Shown in pieces: positions 58,195 to 64,000 of a stretch of 64,000 nt of DNA. The translations under genes and the position numbers were made by a program. The notes under the pieces are model-generated. The model searched no databases, was not told where the DNA came from, and saw nothing but the letters and a program-made list of their open reading frames with translations. Each line of letters begins with the position of its first letter. The first letter of the stretch is position 1. Source of the stretch: a bacterium (GTDB taxonomy: Bacteria; Zixibacteria; MSB-5A5; GN15; FEB-12); the NCBI GenBank assembly GCA_043811375.1, contig JBDRNJ010000024.1, positions 32,001-96,000 of the forward strand, read 5' to 3'.

Positions 58195-58644
58195 CTATCT
58201 CCCTAAGGAGAATTCGACCGGGTACGTCACCCAGACTTTGATCGGTTTGCCTTCCTGTATACCGGGCGTGAACTTGTTCTTATAGGCAGCTTTCGTAGCA
58301 GCCTCATCAAGAGAAACTGTGCCGGATGACCTGGCCACGATTGCCTTGAGGACCTTGCCCGCCTCGTCAATCAGAACCCGTACCTGGACAGTTCCGGTAA
58401 TACCGGCCTGCATCGCCAAACGCGGATAGTCCGGCCTGTGTTTATATACCATTTCCGGATGAACCTCAACCGGTACCAGTGTATTCGATACCGTAGAGCT
58501 TTCGGCCGGTTTGACATCGGTAACAGTCAGGTCGCTCGGTGGTAGTTCCTCACCGACCCTGATATTTCCGCACGAGGCAAGTGCCAGAATGACCACTACC
58601 GTACCGCATACCAGCAAACTTTGCTTCACTAATAATCCCCTCAC
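58195..58644 (-). CDS. TonB C-terminal-domain lipoprotein
   Basis: Lipobox LASC; PDYPRLA..GITGTVQV..IDEAG..SSG..LDEAA..FTPG..GKPI. Confidence 0.85.
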   Translation of the reverse strand: MRGLLVKQSLLVCGTVVVILALASCGNIRVGEELPPSDLTVTDVKPAESSTVSNTLVPVEVHPEMVYKHRPDYPRLAMQAGITGTVQVRVLIDEAGKVLKAIVARSSGTVSLDEAATKAAYKNKFTPGIQEGKPIKVWVTYPVEFSLGR

Positions 58645-58657
58645 ACCCAGCTATAGA

Positions 58658-58972
58658 TTATTTTTTCTTCTCGTCCTTCTTTTTGGACTCCGTGGCCGTT
58701 TTCGCAGTCGGCTTGGCTTTCAGGCTTTCCCGACGGTCGTCGATACCGTTTTTGTTCTTGTCGATAAAGCTATCGAACTTCTTGCCCTTGAGCGTGGCTG
58801 ATTTCTTTTCCCCCTTGGGGGGAACCTTGACGCTCTTGACCGTCACCGGTTCCTTCTTCGTCACTACCTGCTTTTTGACGGTCTTCTTGTCTTTCTTCTC
58901 TACCGCCATCCCCGTCGGCCCGACAGAAACAAGGAACACACCACACACCAGATAAACTAACAGCTTTTTCAT
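58658..58972 (-). CDS. Small Lys-rich secreted protein with DxNxNGxDD motif
   Basis: Signal peptide and FIDKNKNGIDD; co-oriented within the operon. Confidence 0.7.
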   Translation of the reverse strand: MKKLLVYLVCGVFLVSVGPTGMAVEKKDKKTVKKQVVTKKEPVTVKSVKVPPKGEKKSATLKGKKFDSFIDKNKNGIDDRRESLKAKPTAKTATESKKKDEKKK

Positions 58973-59047
58973 CTCTTTAACTCCCGCAACCTATCGCCAC
59001 AATATAAAACCATCGTTGACGGATTGTCACTATCTAATTCCCTTGCC

Positions 59048-60652
59048 TCACGGTTTCTTACCGCCACTCTTTGATGAACTCTTTTGGGTGGTAGTCGACT
59101 TACCTCCTGATGGAGAAGCGGCCTTGCCGGATGATTTTGAGCCGCTTTGCTGCTTGACCGTAGTGCGACCCTGGGCCGGGCTGCCCGACTTCGGCTGCGA
59201 ACCAGATTTGCCGGCATCATACGACTCGCCTGACTTCGTCTGATTGCCTGATGACTTCACTTTCGACGACTGGATAGTGGTGGTCGACTTCTTCTGAGGC
59301 GTCGATCCCGACTTCTTCTGGTAATAGCCGCTGGAACCGCCCTTGTCCTTGCTGCCACCTGGGTCACTGCTGCGGTAGCCCTGGTCAGCCTTGGTAGTCG
59401 TTGTCTTGCGGTCAACTACTGAGGATTCGCGCGACTGGGACGATTTGGTCTCTGACATGGTCGTACCGCTCTTTTCGATCGGGGTCGACTGGGTACTGCC
59501 ACGTGACTTCTGTGACTGGCTGGACTTTCCATAAATCGATCCGTTCGTCTCCAGACCGCGATCCGTTTTTACCAGTTTACTCTCACCCCGTTCGTGCTTC
59601 TTGGCGCCGGTTTTGATCGTGCGTGTCTCCTTGGTTCGGCCGTCACCATCGTCCACAATCGTTTTCGTCGTAATTGATGCGTTTTTGACAATTGTCTTGC
59701 GCTTTTTCTCGAAATTCGGGTAACCGTTAACCTCCGGGTTACGGTAACCGGCGTAGCGGACCTCCTTGTACTTGGACCTCACGTTGGGCCTTGGCTGCAC
59801 CACCTCGTGATCCAGCACCACCGTATGGTAACGGGTAATGTGCACGTCGGACTCCCAACAGTACCCCCAGTTGTCATAGATACTCATCGTGTGCCAGCCG
59901 ACATAAATACGCGGCACATACAACGGGGCACACCCCCAGTAAATACCGTCGATATACACCGACGCCCCGATAGGATAGTCAAAGTAGACGTTGCCGCAGA
60001 CAGTCCACGGGTAGTAGCTCGGGGAATACACCGAACGGAAATATTGCGGTTCCCACTCATCAATAATAACGGCCGTCCGGTCATAGGCAAAGCGCTGACC
60101 GTCGTAACGAACGAAGTACTTGTTGTTCAGGTTATCCATGAAATCATGACGGTCATCCCAGTCACAACTGAGACCCGAAACGGGATACCAGTCGGGTATC
60201 GGGAAACGTTCCCGGGAGGCGATGATCTGGATATTCTCGACCCCTTCCGGACCGGTAACGACCAGATCATAATCATCCTGCCCATCGGGCAGACGATAGG
60301 TGGCGCCACCGCGAACAAAATTATCCCGGCTCCGATCTGCTGGAAACAACAGGTTGACACGACCGCGGGTATCGATGGAGTAGATGACTACAAAGGCATC
60401 CCGACTAACACGGAATGAAATCACGATGTTGTCCCCTTCGTAGTACTCGCCGTCGGAATGATTGGTCCACACCTCCACGTCCAGATAACGGTCAATCCTG
60501 TTGCGGTCGGCGTCACGGTAATCGTTATCGCCATAGTCGGGTGTGATGTTCTGCGCCGGCACACCGGCTGTCACGACCATAATGGCCGCCACGGCAGCCA
60601 TCGCCATTTTCAAAGTACGTTTAATCATGGTACTGTCCTCACTTTCCGTCAT
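59048..60652 (-). CDS. Secreted DUF4384-like protein with PEGA-like segment and S/K/T/G-rich tail
   Basis: LDVEVWT..YYEGD..IDTRGRVNLLFP..VTGPEGVE.IQIIAS and GASVYIDGIYWG; low-complexity C-terminus. Confidence 0.75.
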   Translation of the reverse strand: MTESEDSTMIKRTLKMAMAAVAAIMVVTAGVPAQNITPDYGDNDYRDADRNRIDRYLDVEVWTNHSDGEYYEGDNIVISFRVSRDAFVVIYSIDTRGRVNLLFPADRSRDNFVRGGATYRLPDGQDDYDLVVTGPEGVENIQIIASRERFPIPDWYPVSGLSCDWDDRHDFMDNLNNKYFVRYDGQRFAYDRTAVIIDEWEPQYFRSVYSPSYYPWTVCGNVYFDYPIGASVYIDGIYWGCAPLYVPRIYVGWHTMSIYDNWGYCWESDVHITRYHTVVLDHEVVQPRPNVRSKYKEVRYAGYRNPEVNGYPNFEKKRKTIVKNASITTKTIVDDGDGRTKETRTIKTGAKKHERGESKLVKTDRGLETNGSIYGKSSQSQKSRGSTQSTPIEKSGTTMSETKSSQSRESSVVDRKTTTTKADQGYRSSDPGGSKDKGGSSGYYQKKSGSTPQKKSTTTIQSSKVKSSGNQTKSGESYDAGKSGSQPKSGSPAQGRTTVKQQSGSKSSGKAASPSGGKSTTTQKSSSKSGGKKP

Positions 60653-61512
60653 TTATTACCAATGGTAGTGTTATTCTCACGTAAGTATTCCGGTCCGTGA
60701 ACCGGTTTATCCTGTCTATCCCGGGGGGCAACCAACTGGGTGTTATCCTGATTGGTTTGATAAGCCCACTGGAAAGTAATCGAAGCTGAATTGACCGATT
60801 GCACCCGCATCTTGGCATAATGGTAATCATCGGTCCAGATAACATAAGTATGTCCGAGGATTATCTCTACATAACCCAGGTTTGACCAGCCATCCAGAGG
60901 CGCACGGTTGATCTCATCAAAGTCACTGGTATACCCCATATCCTGCAAGTCGGTGGAGGTGTTGGCGGCATTCAGGTAAAAAATGCTGTCGTACCGGTCG
61001 ACATAAACATCCGCCAGATCTTTGGTTACAATAGATCTATCCACGAAACGAAATCCGGTCAGGTTAGGCTCCACAGCGTCATCAAACAGTGGCACCGAAC
61101 CCTCGGGTCGAGGAGTATCTGATACCGGTTCCGCTGACAACTCCGACTCCTGCCCGGCCGCATCAATAGCCGACACGGCATAGAAATACTTCACTCCGTT
61201 GGGCAGACCGGTTACTACATAAACGTAATAGATCAGATCCCGGTTGGGGTTAGTCAATGCTGAGCGCCGGCCGATTTCAGTGTAGCCGCTCATTGAATCG
61301 GACGACCACCAGATCACGTACTCGACAATGTCCGTTTCATACGGGCCATTCCAGTGGACGTATACGGCTTGATCGCCGGTGACGGAGTAAACTCCCTGCG
61401 GTGCCGCGGGAGGTGGGTCATAATCATAGACAATGCAGTTGTCAGCATCATCACAGCCACTCTGAGCGAACAACCCGCACAAAACAATCAGAAAAAAGAC
61501 TCTTAATTTCAT
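60649..61512 (-). CDS. Fibronectin type III domain lipoprotein
   Basis: MKLRVFF..AQSGC lipobox; PPAAPQG..W..GLPNGVKYFYAVSAIDAAGQESELS. The ATG at 61512 is preferred over 61554. Confidence 0.8.
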   Translation of the reverse strand: MKLRVFFLIVLCGLFAQSGCDDADNCIVYDYDPPPAAPQGVYSVTGDQAVYVHWNGPYETDIVEYVIWWSSDSMSGYTEIGRRSALTNPNRDLIYYVYVVTGLPNGVKYFYAVSAIDAAGQESELSAEPVSDTPRPEGSVPLFDDAVEPNLTGFRFVDRSIVTKDLADVYVDRYDSIFYLNAANTSTDLQDMGYTSDFDEINRAPLDGWSNLGYVEIILGHTYVIWTDDYHYAKMRVQSVNSASITFQWAYQTNQDNTQLVAPRDRQDKPVHGPEYLRENNTTIGNK

Positions 61513-61562
61513 AGCCGGAACCTTTGTTTTTGTTTCCGAAGTTTCTTTCAGCATCTTTAAGC

Positions 61563-61579
61563 ATCAAAACACGTGCCAA
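61563..61579 (-). promoter_or_regulatory. Sigma54-like -24/-12 promoter
   Basis: Minus strand TTGGCACGTGTTTTGAT versus consensus TGGCACG-N4-TTGCW; it has GA instead of GC at -12. Confidence 0.55.
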
Positions 61580-61642
61580 AACCTGTAACCGGATGCCTAC
61601 AACCAACTTATCTGTTCAGGTCGACAGCCTGATCGCCGCCGC

Positions 61643-61659
61643 TGCACAATTTCCGTGCA
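61643..61659. promoter_or_regulatory. NtrC-type enhancer-like palindrome
   Basis: TGCAC-AATTTCC-GTGCA (TGCAC-N7-GTGCA) about 65-80 bp upstream of the sigma54-like site. Confidence 0.5.
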
Positions 61660-61796
61660 CAAACGAGCCAATACGCACAAATACTGTCAGGGTGTTGTTA
61701 CCGTAATTATTATCCTTAAGGGAACAACCGCTCATACCAGAAGCTGTCGGATCACCATCATCCTGCCCAATTCCCGCCAACTCACAGAAAAAGTGC

Positions 61797-61824
61797 TTGT
61801 CAGCAACCGGGGTTAGGTTATTAT
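61797..61824 (+). promoter_or_regulatory. Sigma70-type promoter
   Basis: TTGTCA-N16-TATTAT upstream of the cNMP-binding gene. Confidence 0.55.
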
Positions 61825-61911
61825 GTACCTGATGGTCAAGAATCGGAGAAACATACCGGATGTGGATAATCCGACCGTCAATCAGATAACCAGAAGCAAA
61901 GGAACAAAGCC

Positions 61912-62382
61912 ATGACCATTGACAAGATGTTGAAGGGGCACGACCTGTTTCGAGCTCTCAACGTGGACGAGACGAACCAGGTTAGTGATTTTTCATCCAC
62001 GAAGAAATTCACGGCCAACGAGACCATCTTCAAACTGGGCGGCTTAGGGTATCATGTATACATGTTGCTGGAAGGAGCAGTCTACCTGCGGCTTCCATCC
62101 AAGCCGGGGGAATTCAGTCTGGTTATCTCAAAAATCGAAAAGGGAGAGATCTTTGGATTGTCTCCCCTGCTCGGCTCGCCCCGCTACACAGCATCGGCAG
62201 AGTGCAGTGAGGCTGCGGAGGTTCTCTGTATTGAAGCCAAACCATTCCGTGAACTGCTCCAGAACAACTGCCCGGTGGGATTTCACATTATGAGCCAGGT
62301 GGCCCAGATATACTTCACTCGCTATATCGATGTTTTGAAGAATCTCCAGGACGTAGTCAGTCAGATTCCGCTCATTCGCTGA
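61912..62382 (+). CDS. Stand-alone cyclic-nucleotide-binding-domain protein
   Basis: LF..L, ETIFKLG, YMLLEGAV and GEIFGLSPLL..PRYTASA; no HTH. Confidence 0.87.
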   Translation: MTIDKMLKGHDLFRALNVDETNQVSDFSSTKKFTANETIFKLGGLGYHVYMLLEGAVYLRLPSKPGEFSLVISKIEKGEIFGLSPLLGSPRYTASAECSEAAEVLCIEAKPFRELLQNNCPVGFHIMSQVAQIYFTRYIDVLKNLQDVVSQIPLIR

Positions 62383-62488
62383 GCCGCACTGCCGGCTCGT
62401 TACATGAGCACGGTCAGATCGTTCGTATCGGAGAAAGATGCCGGTAACTTCAATCCGGCATCTTAATACCGTGCCATACCCCGGGCAT

Positions 62489-63231
62489 CTACCGGCTGAA
62501 AACCGCTTTCATTCGCTGCCGGTTCATCAGAGCTATGAACCGAACACTGATTTCCTTGGGACAGGTAGCCTCACATTCAAAGTAGTTGGTGCAGTTACCG
62601 AACCCCTCAGCGTCCATCTGCGCCAGCATGTTGCGGACACGTGGCATTGCTTCCACTCGTCCCTGAGGCAGGTATGCCATCTGACCGACTTTCGCCGACA
62701 AGAACAACATGGCCGAGGCGTTCTTGCACGAGGCAACACACGCCCCGCAACCGATACAGGCGGCCGCATCCATAGCCAACTCAGCATCGTCCTTGGGTAT
62801 CGGGATAGCATTTGCGTCCGGCGTGCCGCCGGTGTTGACCGACACAAACCCGCCAGCCTGGATGATGCGATCGAGGGCGCTGCGATCAACGATGAGGTCT
62901 TTCTGCACCGGAAAAGCCCGGGCTCGCCACGGTTCGATATATATTTTGTCGCCATCCTTGAAATGCCGCATGTGAAGCTGGCAAACGGTGGTCCCCGGTT
63001 CCGGACCGTGGGCGATACCGTTGATTATCAGCGAACACGTGCCGCAGATACCCTCACGGCAATCGTGATCAAAAGCGATCGGATCGACACCCTGTTCGGT
63101 CAGTTGCTCGTTGACGACGTCGAGCATCTCCAGAAACGACATGTGGGTACTGATGTTGTTCGCTTCATATCGTTCCATATGCCCCTTGTCGCGTGCGTTT
63201 TTCTGACGCCATACGTATAATGTGAGATTCA

Positions 63232-63232
<1 letters not shown>
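62489..63232 (-). CDS. sdhB: Succinate dehydrogenase / fumarate reductase iron-sulfur subunit
   Basis: [24 protein letters not shown] and [13 protein letters not shown]. Confidence 0.95.

Positions 63233-64000
<768 letters not shown>

Overview
This is a GC-rich, gene-dense chromosomal segment of a diderm bacterium. Secreted proteins ending in FlgD-Ig/T9SS-type C-terminal domains suggest an FCB-related or candidate-phylum organism such as Zixibacteria; this is an inference. Most genes lie on the minus strand. In window order they are: nuoH(partial)-nuoA; a long coupled gene run headed by manC (SPOR lipoprotein, tsaC, LMW phosphatase, DUF3108, DHS-like protein, fused FTCD, PHP, metalloprotease, lone ECF S-component, outer-membrane barrel, HD, MFS, PHP); a glycosylation cluster with two GT-C-fold enzymes, one of them DUF2723/TMEM260-like; an FMN-riboswitch-controlled ribD-ribE-ribBA-ribH-nusB operon; a GAF/pseudo-HisKA protein; rnhC and efp; a PAS histidine kinase, pilD and rsmE; hrcA-grpE-dnaK-dnaJ; an envelope-protein operon with a sigma54-like promoter; and sdhB-sdhA(partial). 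Two small plus-strand accessory blocks interrupt this backbone: an S41 peptidase with a hypothetical protein, and an Lnt-N-only membrane protein with an IPTL-CTERM protein. Both are bracketed by mosaics of REP/MITE-like palindromes. No tRNA, rRNA, CRISPR array or intact transposase was recognised. The best candidates for something new are the putative lipid-carrier protein-glycosylation locus, the Lnt-N/IPTL-CTERM module with structured leaders, and the lone ECF-S plus barrel pair. All family calls are by-eye motif recognition, not database searches.
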